DNA of 64,000 nucleotides, from contig CAZYCE010000002.1 in NCBI GenBank assembly GCA_964645605.1, positions 67,256 through 131,255 of the forward strand, read 5' to 3'. The notes beneath the pieces were generated by a model that worked only from the letters and a program-made list of their open reading frames with translations, was not told the origin of the DNA and did no database searches. The DNA is from an uncultured Gammaproteobacteria bacterium (GTDB taxonomy: Bacteria; Patescibacteriota; Microgenomatia; UBA8517). Numbering within the stretch: position 1 is the first letter of the stretch; every line of letters begins with the position of its first letter. Shown one piece after another: positions 36,042 through 46,780 of the stretch. A program made the translations under genes and the position numbers.

Positions 36042-37514
36042 TTAATGTACGATAGATTCCTTTAGGTCAATAATTATAAATTTATCTGTTTTTTCTATTG
36101 TTTTAAATCTTGACTCCACCATTTTTGTGTCGGCGCTTCCAAGGTCAACAGAAACATAATATGAGGCGCCTCGAGCAATTATGTTGTCTATTGAATCTTC
36201 CACCGCCGGCCAGCCCCATCTTTTTGTTTGATAAAGAAATGCCGTGTCGCCGTTATAGGGAGCCACAATTAATGCATCTTTTGGTGCAATTTTGTCTATT
36301 TCGGTACCGGCCTGAATGATTTCCGGGTGATTTACATTGTAATTTCCCACTATTTGATTCCAACCGGTGAAGAGCATAACTCCAATACTAATTGCAAGAA
36401 TTGTTCTGGACAAAATTTTATTAAAAATTTTGTTTTCCCATAGGTAGATGCTTCCGGAGGCAAGGGCCAGGGCTAATGCCGGAATAACCAAAATCTGGTA
36501 ATAATCATGCATTACATTGGCATCGGCAACCAGAACCACATAAAAAAGCGCACCTGCCAGAAATGCCTGAATAAACAAATTTTTAGACTTGGTATTTAAA
36601 ACCCCAAAAATAAACGGAATAAGCCCAAGTGAACCCAAAATAAGGTGTCCAAGTCTCTCCCCAAAAATCCAATACCACCATGACGGTTTGAACCTTATAT
36701 GGTTTCCATTAAACGCCCATTTATAAAAGGGGATTCCTTCAGGAAATTGTCCCTCCCACACGCGCCAAAGAAGAAATGGAATAAAAGAAATTGCCAGAAA
36801 AACCAAACTCCAAATTATGACTTTTTTGTTCTTATAAAAACTTTTGATTCCATACTTTTTGATAGCCAAATAGGCTATGGGAAACAAATAAAATCCCATA
36901 TAGGGTTTAATCAAAAGCGCCAAGGCCATAAAGGCGGCCGATATAAAGAAGTGAAGTTTCTTCGCGGATCCATAAAACTCCAAAAAGGCCCAGATTGAAA
37001 TTACGCCAAACATAGCCCCCATTGGGTCAGGCAAAATCGTGCGGGTAAAATAAATATTGAAAGGAATAAAAAGGTAAAAGAAGGCACTCAAAAGACCACC
37101 CCATTTATTCATGAGCTTCTTGCCTATTAGATAAATAAAGAATGCTGAAATTACTGCACAAGATATCGTAATAAGCCTGGCCCATACCTCAAGAGAGAAA
37201 TTGGTAAAAGTCTTGGCCAATATTGCATTGAGGGCATTGTAAAAAGGAAATTCGACCATTCTATAACCCTGTGGATTGGGGATTCCCGTCTGAATGCTTG
37301 AGACGTCATGATATCTGGGCAAAAGAAGGTTAATGCCCTGCTCCAGATACACCCTGCTAACGGAGGCTGTGTCTGCCTGACGCCAGGAATGCCAATCGGC
37401 TATCGGATTATTTATCTTATACAACCGGACCGTAAAGCCTAAAATAAGTATGACTGATAACAAAATATACTCAAAATGTTTACTCTTTATAAAACGTATA
37501 AGTTTAAGTTTCAT
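36042..37514 (-). CDS. GT-C fold polytopic glycosyltransferase (ArnT/PMT_2, GT39/83-like)
   Basis: 490 aa. The N-terminus VRLYKINNPIADWHSWRQADTASVSR is followed by about 11 TM helices. Confidence 0.6.
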   Translation of the reverse strand: MKLKLIRFIKSKHFEYILLSVILILGFTVRLYKINNPIADWHSWRQADTASVSRVYLEQGINLLLPRYHDVSSIQTGIPNPQGYRMVEFPFYNALNAILAKTFTNFSLEVWARLITISCAVISAFFIYLIGKKLMNKWGGLLSAFFYLFIPFNIYFTRTILPDPMGAMFGVISIWAFLEFYGSAKKLHFFISAAFMALALLIKPYMGFYLFPIAYLAIKKYGIKSFYKNKKVIIWSLVFLAISFIPFLLWRVWEGQFPEGIPFYKWAFNGNHIRFKPSWWYWIFGERLGHLILGSLGLIPFIFGVLNTKSKNLFIQAFLAGALFYVVLVADANVMHDYYQILVIPALALALASGSIYLWENKIFNKILSRTILAISIGVMLFTGWNQIVGNYNVNHPEIIQAGTEIDKIAPKDALIVAPYNGDTAFLYQTKRWGWPAVEDSIDNIIARGASYYVSVDLGSADTKMVESRFKTIEKTDKFIIIDLKESIVH

Positions 37515-38928
37515 TTAATCTATTTTTGATCAATACTACGGCACTACCCAGAAACATCCAAAACATTATCGCAAATTTTGACGCTTCAAACAAATCTATT
37601 AATAATGCTGTAGCCAGACTGCCAACTACACCACCAAATATACCAAAAAGCAAGCCTTTTTCCCAATTATCAAATTTATCTTTCGATTTATATGCCTTTG
37701 CGAAAATTTTCCCTATTCTCAAGAAAATCAGCGCAAAGGCCATCGTTCCAAGGATACCGGTTTCTCCAAGCATCCTAAGATAATCATTATCAGTTGCCAA
37801 TCCTATCGACGAATATCCTGTGCCCAGAAGCGGATTTTTCGCAAAAGCTCTTAAGGCTCTGGGCCATTCAACATTATATCTGATTGAAATCGATACATCA
37901 TTCACAATATTTACCGCCGTTGGTTTGGTAGACGTTGGTAAAGATATCGGGGTTGGTGATGAATCTACCCCGAGAATTATGGTCTTACCTTCAGCCTTAA
38001 CAACAAATCCGGGCACAATATATGAGATACCTCCCTTTTCCGAAATATGCTGATACAGGAACTTTATCGCCTGAGTAAACCTGGCATCAAGCCCCGACGA
38101 CATAAACATGCAAACTAAACTAATAAGTACAACTACTATCCAACCCTTAATTTTTTTCAAGAGTAGTAGCGTGATGGTTATTGCCAATAGATAAGTTGCC
38201 TGGGCAGTCCTTGAGACAGAATTTATTAAAAGCCAGAGCCCCATACCTGAAGAAAGTAGTAAAATAAGCTTCAATAATTTGTTCTTAAAGCTGAAAAATA
38301 ATCCCAAGAGTATTGGCATGACCAAAACCATAAAAGCCGAAAGGTCGTAATGTCCTGCAAAGGTAGAATTTATATGCGCTCCGGGGGTCCAGCGAAGCCC
38401 AATCCCTTTAGAATATTCTTCGTTTTGGGTAATTATTACCGGAAAATGATAGTATCGTTGTCCGATTCCATAAGCAAAAACAATTATCACAACAATTACC
38501 AGAACTTTCAGGTAAAATTGCAAATATTCTTTTATTTTTTCCCTGGGAGTCAGAAGATAGACCGCCAAAAACGGAATAATATATTCTATGCGCCTCGCCC
38601 AATGAAGAAAGCCCAGACGTAGCTCAAGGGTCTGCGTCAGGAATGCTCCGGCGATAAGGGAAATAAAAGTGGCGCCAAAAAATATCAGAATTGAGATTAT
38701 TATCTTGTCTTTCAGAATTTTCCTAAAATCTACTAGAAACTTAGGGACAAGAATTATGGCCAAAGCGAGCATCAGTAGGTCCTCAGATCTGATTGCCACA
38801 TAAGTTCCGGGTACTTTTATAAGCGGAAATTTCGGCAAAAGCGGAACAATTATTAGTACCGCCGCAACCAGGTACTTACTAATTTTTTCAGATAGATTTA
38901 AAAGCTTTCGCATAGATTTGTGAAACAT
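37504..38928 (-). CDS. O-antigen ligase / Wzy-like polymerase family membrane protein
   Basis: 474 aa, polytopic. LLINSVSRTAQATYLLAI resembles the Wzy_C/O-antigen ligase loop. Confidence 0.5.
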   Translation of the reverse strand: MFHKSMRKLLNLSEKISKYLVAAVLIIVPLLPKFPLIKVPGTYVAIRSEDLLMLALAIILVPKFLVDFRKILKDKIIISILIFFGATFISLIAGAFLTQTLELRLGFLHWARRIEYIIPFLAVYLLTPREKIKEYLQFYLKVLVIVVIIVFAYGIGQRYYHFPVIITQNEEYSKGIGLRWTPGAHINSTFAGHYDLSAFMVLVMPILLGLFFSFKNKLLKLILLLSSGMGLWLLINSVSRTAQATYLLAITITLLLLKKIKGWIVVVLISLVCMFMSSGLDARFTQAIKFLYQHISEKGGISYIVPGFVVKAEGKTIILGVDSSPTPISLPTSTKPTAVNIVNDVSISIRYNVEWPRALRAFAKNPLLGTGYSSIGLATDNDYLRMLGETGILGTMAFALIFLRIGKIFAKAYKSKDKFDNWEKGLLFGIFGGVVGSLATALLIDLFEASKFAIMFWMFLGSAVVLIKNRLNET

Positions 38929-39814
38929 TGCGCTTACCCACCACTCCCCAAATTGTCATCCTCAAAAAAACTCCTGTTTTAAGAATCGCACGAAGTACGG
39001 GGATTTTCCAACCCGGTTCGTGCTTTTTGTACATCAAAATCAGGTTCTGAAATTCATCGATTGTGGCTTTTTCACTCCCTGCGGTAACTTGTCCGAAATG
39101 AACTATCTTCCACTGCGGCAAATACCATATCTGCCAACCTTTTTTAATAAACCTCGCCGAAAGTTCCACCTCTTCAACATAAAGGAAAAAATCTTCATCA
39201 AAAATCCCCGCCTGGTCTAAAGCTTCTTTGCGCATAAGATAAAATGCACCGGTTACCCAATCTTGCTGATGAGGTTTTTTGAAAAAATTCTCGCCTTTAT
39301 AAACCGGCGAAAGGGAGTGCATAGGATGATACGGCTTGATTAATTTATCAATTCCCGGAATATCATCCAAAAAGCTCATCCAGGCGGCTACTCGCAAAAG
39401 GGTCGGGTAAAAACCCCCGGAACCTTGATATGTGGTTTCATCGGGATTAAGAAGCGCACATCCGGAAACGCCTGCTTTGGGATGCGCATCCATCCAGGCG
39501 ATCATTTCCCTGAGAATCTTGGGGTCGATAAGCTTTGTGTCATCGTTAAGAAGGAGAATATATTTGCCTTTGGCGATCTTTAAACCCATATTGTTGTTCT
39601 CGCCGAATCCTCCATTTTCCTCACGTCTCAAAACTTTTACTTGAGGGTACTTTTCCTTCACTAAAGCACCGATTTTATCAATTGATGCATTGTCAATTAA
39701 AATAATTTCACTCGTCAGCCCTTTTAAGGCCGGAGTAAGGGTTGTCAGACAATCAAACAGATAGTCTTTTTTTGAAGATACTATAATTACCGAAAGATCG
39801 GTGTGTTTATCCAT
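38888..39814 (-). CDS. Glycosyltransferase family 2 (GT-A)
   Basis: 308 aa. LSVIIVSSKKDYL and LLLNDDTKL (DxD). Confidence 0.75.
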   Translation of the reverse strand: MDKHTDLSVIIVSSKKDYLFDCLTTLTPALKGLTSEIILIDNASIDKIGALVKEKYPQVKVLRREENGGFGENNNMGLKIAKGKYILLLNDDTKLIDPKILREMIAWMDAHPKAGVSGCALLNPDETTYQGSGGFYPTLLRVAAWMSFLDDIPGIDKLIKPYHPMHSLSPVYKGENFFKKPHQQDWVTGAFYLMRKEALDQAGIFDEDFFLYVEEVELSARFIKKGWQIWYLPQWKIVHFGQVTAGSEKATIDEFQNLILMYKKHEPGWKIPVLRAILKTGVFLRMTIWGVVGKRNVSQIYAKAFKSI

Positions 39815-40352
39815 TTTTCTTTTTGAAAGTTTCTATATACTCACGAAATACAACGGCTGTCATAGTCATTGTAACCAAAAATATTACCTCCCTGACCCAA
39901 ATATTGCTCGGTACAAGGCGGATTATAATTTTTTGTTTCCAGGGTTTTCCGTCCACAAGAAATATTGGTTTATCCTCAAAACTGGGGGGTTCAAACCCAT
40001 TAATAAACATACTTTCTCTGAAAGGATGGGCATATTCCTGTAAAAAAGTACTGCCGGTTTGGTCCCTAATGATGGTCTGGGCATTTTCAGGCGGATAATT
40101 AAATAGAGATGTCGGAATTTTTAAGCCCAAAAAAGATGAGTGATCAAATTGACGCCCGTACCAATCCAGAACCTCCTGTCTCGTATAGTTTGTAAAATAT
40201 CCACGTCTTAGGGGAGATTCAAGGTCTGCCGGTTCCTGCGATTGTATGGAATCCGGAGGGGGCATAGGAAAGCTGTAATCCGGCAAGGCCAAATAAAAAA
40301 CTCCTGCGATACAGAAAAGTACGAAGAAAGCTGTTATAAATTTTTTAAACAT
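39807..40352 (-). CDS. Hypothetical membrane-anchored protein
   Basis: 181 aa with an N-terminal TM. Confidence 0.45.
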   Translation of the reverse strand: MFKKFITAFFVLFCIAGVFYLALPDYSFPMPPPDSIQSQEPADLESPLRRGYFTNYTRQEVLDWYGRQFDHSSFLGLKIPTSLFNYPPENAQTIIRDQTGSTFLQEYAHPFRESMFINGFEPPSFEDKPIFLVDGKPWKQKIIIRLVPSNIWVREVIFLVTMTMTAVVFREYIETFKKKNG

Positions 40353-40370
40353 GAGATATCAACAAATGAG

Positions 40371-40994
40371 TTATTGGAAAAGCCTTGCGCGCCCCAACTT
40401 ATAATCAGGATTTTTATTCTTCCGCTCTCCGATCTTTTCCGCGGGTATTCCTCCGACAATCGTGAATTCAGGCACGTTCTTTACAACAACTGCCCCGGCC
40501 GCAACGACTGCCCCTTTACCGATTTTCACTCCCGGAAGAATAATGGCTCTGGGACCGATAAAAACGTAGTCTCCGATCTCAACGGGTTCGGTTCTGGCGG
40601 AAAATTCTTCACTTTCAAGGTCGTGTTCTGAATTATAAATCATTACAGAGGAGGCAATATCCACATGATTACCAATTTTAAGGGGAGCCCGCCCGTCCAA
40701 AAAAGCGTGATCGCCAACTATCGTGTCCTGCCCGATGGAAATACCTGACGGGTCAAAAAAATTAGCCCACATATGAACAGTTGACCCTTTCCCGATTTTC
40801 ATACCGGCAAGTCTGTAGATGAATTTACGAAAGAAGTGGCACGGAACATGGGAAACCCAACGCAAGACCATGAGTTCAAAATCCAAAATAATGTTGCCTA
40901 TCCTATTTAGAATTTTAGATAACGCCTCTTGGTTTGATAATTTTTTGCCTGTTTTATCTGTAAACATCGTTAAATTACAAATCACAAATTTCAA
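40371..40994 (-). CDS. Hexapeptide-repeat (LbH) sugar O-acetyltransferase
   Basis: 207 aa. Tandem hexapeptide repeats (IGDYVFIGPRAIILPGVKIGKGAVVAAGAVV). Confidence 0.75.
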   Translation of the reverse strand: MKFVICNLTMFTDKTGKKLSNQEALSKILNRIGNIILDFELMVLRWVSHVPCHFFRKFIYRLAGMKIGKGSTVHMWANFFDPSGISIGQDTIVGDHAFLDGRAPLKIGNHVDIASSVMIYNSEHDLESEEFSARTEPVEIGDYVFIGPRAIILPGVKIGKGAVVAAGAVVVKNVPEFTIVGGIPAEKIGERKNKNPDYKLGRARLFQ

Positions 40995-41023
40995 GTTCTA
41001 AACAAGCACCAATCAACAATAAA

Positions 41024-42205
41024 CTATTTGTATTTTTGTTTATTGCTTGTAATTAAATTCTTGGAATTTGTCACTACTTTTAAGGTTTCTCTTGCAGTTT
41101 TCTCCCAGGAAAACTTTTTGGCCTGCGATAAACCTTCCATAACCATTCTATTATACTTCTCCTTCGGGGCTAATAGCACCTTTTTCATGCCTGTGGCCAT
41201 ACTATCTATGTCTTTCGGGTCAACGAGTACTCCCGCCGTTCCGACTACCTCAGGTAAACTGCCCACGTTTGAGGCAACTACGGGTACCCCCGAGGCCATC
41301 GCATTTAGGACATCGAGTCCAAAACCTTCCCAAAAAGACGGAAGCACAAAAACTTTTGCACCCGCAATAAGGCCAGGTTTGTCTTCCTCAGGTATGAAAT
41401 CCGTAAAAATAACATCATCTGTCAAACCTAAACTTTTAACTTTCTCAAAAATAGTCTCGTACATCCAACCTTTCTTTCCTGCTATAACAAGTTTTAAATT
41501 GCTAATTTGTTTATTGGTTCTTGGAATTTGTAATTTCAGTGCATGAAACGCACTGATTAATCCTTCAATATTTTTACTGGGCTTGAGCGTACCTAAATAC
41601 AAGACATAGTCATGAACTATGGAGTACCGGGACCCCACACGTCGCACATCTTTCTTGGAAATGCTTAAATTAAACTTAGCACTATCGTAAGCAAGTGGAG
41701 TAACGTAAATTTTGCCTTTTGCAAAGGGATAATGTCGTACAATGTCGTCTTTTGTACTATTTGATATAGCAAAGACTGCCTTTGATACAAAAATACTCAT
41801 AGCAGTCCATACTTTTAACTGCCAGAAGTCCTTTTTTCGAAATTGTCCCGAGAATTTGAGGTATCCAAGGTCCATAATTGAACATATTCTCGGTATCGGA
41901 ACCATTGGAGGAACGTAATGACTCGGAGAAAAGAAAACGTCGCATACTTTTTTGTTCTTTAAAAGGTACGGCACAAGTTTCGTCAAAATCCAGGCACCGG
42001 ATCCTCCAATCACAACATACCTAAAATACGGGGTTTCCTTCGGCATATCCCCTCTTGGTTCATTTTTGAGAAATACTATAAGTCTATGCTCATTTTTCCA
42101 TTCGTCTTGTAGTTTCCACATCCCCCAGAGCAATTCGAAGGCATAGGTGTTTACTCCTACCCTCTTTTCTATGTTAGCTTCGTTCCCGTCTATACCGACA
42201 ATCAT
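41024..42205 (-). CDS. Glycosyltransferase family 4 (GT-B)
   Basis: 393 aa. FWEGFGLDVLNAMASGVPVVAS. Confidence 0.75.
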   Translation of the reverse strand: MIVGIDGNEANIEKRVGVNTYAFELLWGMWKLQDEWKNEHRLIVFLKNEPRGDMPKETPYFRYVVIGGSGAWILTKLVPYLLKNKKVCDVFFSPSHYVPPMVPIPRICSIMDLGYLKFSGQFRKKDFWQLKVWTAMSIFVSKAVFAISNSTKDDIVRHYPFAKGKIYVTPLAYDSAKFNLSISKKDVRRVGSRYSIVHDYVLYLGTLKPSKNIEGLISAFHALKLQIPRTNKQISNLKLVIAGKKGWMYETIFEKVKSLGLTDDVIFTDFIPEEDKPGLIAGAKVFVLPSFWEGFGLDVLNAMASGVPVVASNVGSLPEVVGTAGVLVDPKDIDSMATGMKKVLLAPKEKYNRMVMEGLSQAKKFSWEKTARETLKVVTNSKNLITSNKQKYK

Positions 42206-43275
42206 TTTTGTGCTTCTTTATATACTTTAAGTGTTTCTTCGGCTGTTTTTTCCCAGGAAAAATTCTTTACACGCAAACTCCCTTTATCGGTAAGTCCCTT
42301 TCCTCCACGCACAACCCGGGCAATACCTTCAGCAATTGAGTCCACAGATTCCGGGTCAACAAGCTCGGCAGCATTCCCGGCAACTTCAGGCATTGAACCT
42401 ACATTTGACGTAATCACAGGAACTCCGCAGGCAAACCCGTCGAGTATTGGAATTCCGTAGCCCTCGTAAAGCGAGGCAAATATCAAACCTTTGGAACCGC
42501 TTAAAAGTGCCGCCAAATCTTCCGGTGGGATATGACCAAGCAGCCTGACGTTTCTTTCGGGTTCAATCTTAATATTTGAGGGCCTCCCGGCAATTATCAA
42601 TTTAAGCTCCTTCCCTGCCGTGGCAAGATGAAAAGCTTTAATTATCCTCTCAGTATTTTTCAAGGGCGTCACACCAATTGAAATAAAATAGTCCCCTCCC
42701 ACCTGATATTTCTTTTTAACCTCCGCAATTTTTTCCTCACCGACCCTCTCCATTGACGGAGCTTCCGGAATTACCCGAATGATATTTTCCGAGAAACCCA
42801 TACCAACAAGGTCATTTTTGGTTGAGGTTGAAGGGACTATTATTCTTCTTGATTCCTTCATTACCCAATAAAGTTTCCTTTTATGGACAGCTAAAACTTT
42901 GGGGTGAACAAGCTTGGGAAATTTCAGAGGATAAAGATCGTGTACTGTCGTAACTTTGAAGGCGCTGCTTGGCGGCTCAGCCCAATCTGAAGTATGAAGA
43001 ACATCGGCATTCCCGATCAGCTTTTCAATTGGTAATATGTGTAGTCTGTTCCAAATGATATCTGCCGCCATGGGCGGAATAGGAAATACCCGGGTACCCG
43101 GAAACGTCTCCAGTATCTCTCCTCGCCTCCTGAAAGCCCCGCCAAAGAGCCTAAATTCATTTTCCTTATCGATAGACAGGAGAGAAGCAACGAGGTTTTT
43201 GGTATAGCTTGAAACACCCGTCCCGTAAACAATTTGACTAATGTCGATAGCAATTTTCATTTGGCGTACTTCCAA
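42202..43275 (-). CDS. Glycosyltransferase family 4 (GT-B)
   Basis: 357 aa. LYEGYGIPILDGFACGVPVITS. Confidence 0.75.
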   Translation of the reverse strand: MEVRQMKIAIDISQIVYGTGVSSYTKNLVASLLSIDKENEFRLFGGAFRRRGEILETFPGTRVFPIPPMAADIIWNRLHILPIEKLIGNADVLHTSDWAEPPSSAFKVTTVHDLYPLKFPKLVHPKVLAVHKRKLYWVMKESRRIIVPSTSTKNDLVGMGFSENIIRVIPEAPSMERVGEEKIAEVKKKYQVGGDYFISIGVTPLKNTERIIKAFHLATAGKELKLIIAGRPSNIKIEPERNVRLLGHIPPEDLAALLSGSKGLIFASLYEGYGIPILDGFACGVPVITSNVGSMPEVAGNAAELVDPESVDSIAEGIARVVRGGKGLTDKGSLRVKNFSWEKTAEETLKVYKEAQK

Positions 43276-44603
43276 AACTCAACCCCGTTTAGGTTCAGTT
43301 CCTGAACCTTATTATATCCCAAATTCTCGATCTTAACCCTGGCAGAGTCTGCGGGATCAAAAACATTCCAAACGTATCTTGATAACCAGATATTTTGGCT
43401 TCCCACGTCGAAATTTTTGTAATAAACAATTCGGTCCCCCTTGCCATAATAAATAAGGGCCTCATATTGGGAACTTGACGGGAAAACGATAGGGTCGCTT
43501 CCTACCGCCCCGGTGATTCCCCTCCAGTTTTCCCTTTGAAATCTAGGATTAAGAAGATAATACCCCGAGGAAAGAACGTTTATAACAACGGCGACGGCAA
43601 GCACCGCGCCGAACTTGACCCCCCGAAGTCCTGAAATTCCTTTTGCCGCAAGAATATAGAGCGCGGGCAGACAAAATATAAATCTAAAGTAGTGGAGAAC
43701 CGGAATTTTTATGCTGATGGTTATTCCCAAAAGTATCGGTATTACCAACCATCCCCACACCACCTTGCAAGGTCGATCTTTACAAGGTCGTCGCAGTATA
43801 CTTAGTCCCAGAAGCGCAAGATAAAAGAGAGTCGTGCCTCCTGCCACAAATGCATAAATTAATTTATTATCAAAACTAATCCTTCCAAGGATAAATTTAA
43901 CCGGAATAAGTCCTAAATTTTTCCAAGACAGAACTCCTAAGATCCTTCCCCAATTTGTCCCCGTTACCGCAACACCCGATCCGATTTGTTCCAAAAATGT
44001 GGGTGTCCAGAGGGCAAAGACTCCTATTAACGGAACCGTGCTTAATAAAACTTTCTTCAGATCTTTCCCGGCAAAGATTATAAATACCGGTACAACCAAA
44101 AGAGCCGTATAATCCGTCATTCCGAGGATTGCCAGACAAATTGAAAAAGGAATCCATTTACGTTCCAAAAATAAATAGAACAGGATGCTCACCAAAAATG
44201 CCGCAAGCGAATACATTCTCGCTTCCTGCGAATAATAGATCAAAAGCCCGGAGGAGGCAGCAAGAGCCGAGGCAATCACAGCTACCTTTCTATCAAAAAA
44301 TTTTTTGGCAATAAGATAAATGAAATAGATTGTCGCAACTCCAAAAATTACCGAAGGAATTCTTAGAGCTATTTCAGAAGATCCGAAAATACCAACCCAG
44401 CCTTTCATTAAAAGGTAATAAAAAGGTGGGTGAAAGTCGGCCGGCAAAAATTTAGTAAATATATCAGTCAAGGGCATTTTGGCCGCAAGCGCGGTTGTAG
44501 CCTCATCAAGCCAAATAGATTGATTTAAAGAAATTAGTCTCAGAACTAGGCCCAGTATCACCACTACCCAAATGAAATATTTGCTTTTAATGAATCTATG
44601 CAT
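43257..44603 (-). CDS. GT-C fold polytopic glycosyltransferase (PMT_2/ArnT-like)
   Basis: 448 aa. LRLISLNQSIWLDEATTALAA is the PMT_2-type N-terminus. There are about 11 TM helices. Confidence 0.55.
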   Translation of the reverse strand: MHRFIKSKYFIWVVVILGLVLRLISLNQSIWLDEATTALAAKMPLTDIFTKFLPADFHPPFYYLLMKGWVGIFGSSEIALRIPSVIFGVATIYFIYLIAKKFFDRKVAVIASALAASSGLLIYYSQEARMYSLAAFLVSILFYLFLERKWIPFSICLAILGMTDYTALLVVPVFIIFAGKDLKKVLLSTVPLIGVFALWTPTFLEQIGSGVAVTGTNWGRILGVLSWKNLGLIPVKFILGRISFDNKLIYAFVAGGTTLFYLALLGLSILRRPCKDRPCKVVWGWLVIPILLGITISIKIPVLHYFRFIFCLPALYILAAKGISGLRGVKFGAVLAVAVVINVLSSGYYLLNPRFQRENWRGITGAVGSDPIVFPSSSQYEALIYYGKGDRIVYYKNFDVGSQNIWLSRYVWNVFDPADSARVKIENLGYNKVQELNLNGVEFWKYAK

Positions 44604-44609
44604 CGAGGT

Positions 44610-45449
44610 TTATTTTGCTCCCTTTCCCGAATACATATACTGCAGTATTCCGATAAATACGCCGAAGTCGTAGACAATTTTAAAAATTAAAAATCTCAAC
44701 TCTTTATTAATTACTCCTTTTAAAAGTCCTGCGACGATTGAAAAAGGAATAAGCACCCTAAAAATTGCAATAAAATCTCCGATTATTCCCAATTTATATT
44801 TCCTTTTCCCCACCCACCGGGCGTGCTTATAAATTTCAGCTAGAGATGAAGGATTTTTGTGATAAAAAACGGCACAGGGAGCGACGACAGCATCGTAGCC
44901 CAGCTTCCTACCGAGAGACCAGTCATCATTATATCCTCCCGGGGTAAACCCTCCCACTCTATCAAACTCGCTTTTTAAGATCGCTCTAAAAACAGGTTGG
45001 TAGTCAGGATAATTTTTAGGATGCCTTCTTTCTTTTTCCCAGCCTTCATTTATATTCCAGCATCTAGCCCAAACATTTTTCCAATTGGAAACAATTTCTT
45101 CCTTGCTAAATGTACCCTTGGCCCTACCCGAAATAATTGGGGAGACCAGCTTGCCAAGAAACTCTTTGTCAAAAGCCATATCAGCATCCACAAAGACTAG
45201 TATGCTACCCTTGGCACTTTTGGCTCCTAAATTTCTTGCTGCCCCGGCACCTTTATGTTTTTGCTCAAGAAATCGAAAATTGGGTATTGTTGATTGTAAA
45301 TTCCGCAAAATTTCCAAGGTTTTGTCTGTACTCCCGTCATCAACAACTATAATTTCAAAGTCGTCATATATCTGGAAGCCCAGGGATTCAATGGCATCCG
45401 GAAGAACCTTTTCTTCATTGTAAGTCGGAATAATTATTGATAATTTCAT
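44610..45449 (-). CDS. Glycosyltransferase family 2 (GT-A)
   Basis: 279 aa. LSIIIPTYNEEKVL, VVDDGSTDKT and DAD. Confidence 0.75.
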   Translation of the reverse strand: MKLSIIIPTYNEEKVLPDAIESLGFQIYDDFEIIVVDDGSTDKTLEILRNLQSTIPNFRFLEQKHKGAGAARNLGAKSAKGSILVFVDADMAFDKEFLGKLVSPIISGRAKGTFSKEEIVSNWKNVWARCWNINEGWEKERRHPKNYPDYQPVFRAILKSEFDRVGGFTPGGYNDDWSLGRKLGYDAVVAPCAVFYHKNPSSLAEIYKHARWVGKRKYKLGIIGDFIAIFRVLIPFSIVAGLLKGVINKELRFLIFKIVYDFGVFIGILQYMYSGKGAK

Positions 45450-46780
45450 TTAGTTAATTTATACAAACCGTAGCCCGTACCTATATCAGACAACAAACTA
45501 ATCTTATATGGCCCTCCCGCATTTATTTCCCAAACATCGGATTTTTCAAAATTATATCCTTTTTGGGATAATACATATAATGCGGGAGTTTTATCATACT
45601 CAATTTCCCCTAATGGCTTACTGCCGTATTTAAACTGCACATAATATCTAAGAACATAGGCTCTTTTATCAAAATCCAGGACCTCTGCCACATTAAAATC
45701 ACCCTTAGCATCGCTTGCAATAATCTGTGAGGCATAGGAAATGTCAGCTGTTGTCAATCCCGTAGGCATTCCGGTTGGATGCTTAAAAGAAACTTTGGAG
45801 GAAGTGAGATTTAAGAATAAATAAATTGCAACAAGTGCTATGGATAAATATTTATTGAATTTGAAAACTTTTGAAAGCAAATATCCAGCTCCTAGTGCCA
45901 CAATGGGCCAAAACGGAAGCAAATAGTAATAACTAAACGCGGCATCGCTCGTTCCTTTAATTGTATCTAGCATATATTGCCATAAGGCGGTGAAATTATA
46001 GAAATTGTGTCTGATGTCAAAAAGGATCATCGGTAAATTGCCGATAACAAGACCGGCGGCAAAAAGCGTCGTATCTGCAAATTTTTTCTTGCTTTTCCAA
46101 ATTCCCAAAATAAAAACAACGGGGATAATTAAAACATAAAGAATCTGAAAACTGACACCCAAGCCGCTTAGAAGTCCCAAAATAAATATATTTTTATAAT
46201 CAGGCTTCCTATTTTGAACCACCAAGAAATAAAAAGTAAGAATTCCCACAAGGGGAAGAAGATTGTAATTCCAGATAAATAAAGAATGGTAAATCATCAT
46301 GTTGTTAAACAAAAACAAGATTACTGAAAAAACGGCTACTCTCCCATCAAATAATTTTCTTGCAACCCAATAAATTACAAACCCGGTAAATACATTCAAA
46401 ATAGCAAAAAAGGCAGTAATAGGTACCGGATCGTAATTTGTAACCAGGAGAAGAGGAACAAGTAAATAATTAAACACAGCGCCTGAAAAGATTTTATGGC
46501 CGTTACTGGCTACTCTGAAATATTCCTGTCCGAGAAGTGAAGGCTTGTCTTTAATATAATTGGCAGAAGTTACAAGGCTTCTCGCCTGTTCTGACCAAAA
46601 AGTAATCCTATTGGGAAAGTTATAAAACCTGACAGCAAAAGCCAAGACAAAAATTACCAGGATGAGCAAGCCTTCTTTATTTAATAATTTCTTTAAAAAG
46701 GTCTTCATACTTCTTTGCAATACTGTCCCAGGAAAATTTTTCGGCCTGAGTTCTTGGGGTATTCCTCCACTTTTTACCAA
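45446..46780 (-). CDS. Polytopic membrane protein, GT-C-like (ArnT-like, tentative)
   Basis: 444 aa. Multiple TM helices and a C-terminal soluble domain. The start is probably the internal Met at ~46708. Confidence 0.5.
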   Translation of the reverse strand: MVKSGGIPQELRPKNFPGTVLQRSMKTFLKKLLNKEGLLILVIFVLAFAVRFYNFPNRITFWSEQARSLVTSANYIKDKPSLLGQEYFRVASNGHKIFSGAVFNYLLVPLLLVTNYDPVPITAFFAILNVFTGFVIYWVARKLFDGRVAVFSVILFLFNNMMIYHSLFIWNYNLLPLVGILTFYFLVVQNRKPDYKNIFILGLLSGLGVSFQILYVLIIPVVFILGIWKSKKKFADTTLFAAGLVIGNLPMILFDIRHNFYNFTALWQYMLDTIKGTSDAAFSYYYLLPFWPIVALGAGYLLSKVFKFNKYLSIALVAIYLFLNLTSSKVSFKHPTGMPTGLTTADISYASQIIASDAKGDFNVAEVLDFDKRAYVLRYYVQFKYGSKPLGEIEYDKTPALYVLSQKGYNFEKSDVWEINAGGPYKISLLSDIGTGYGLYKLTK

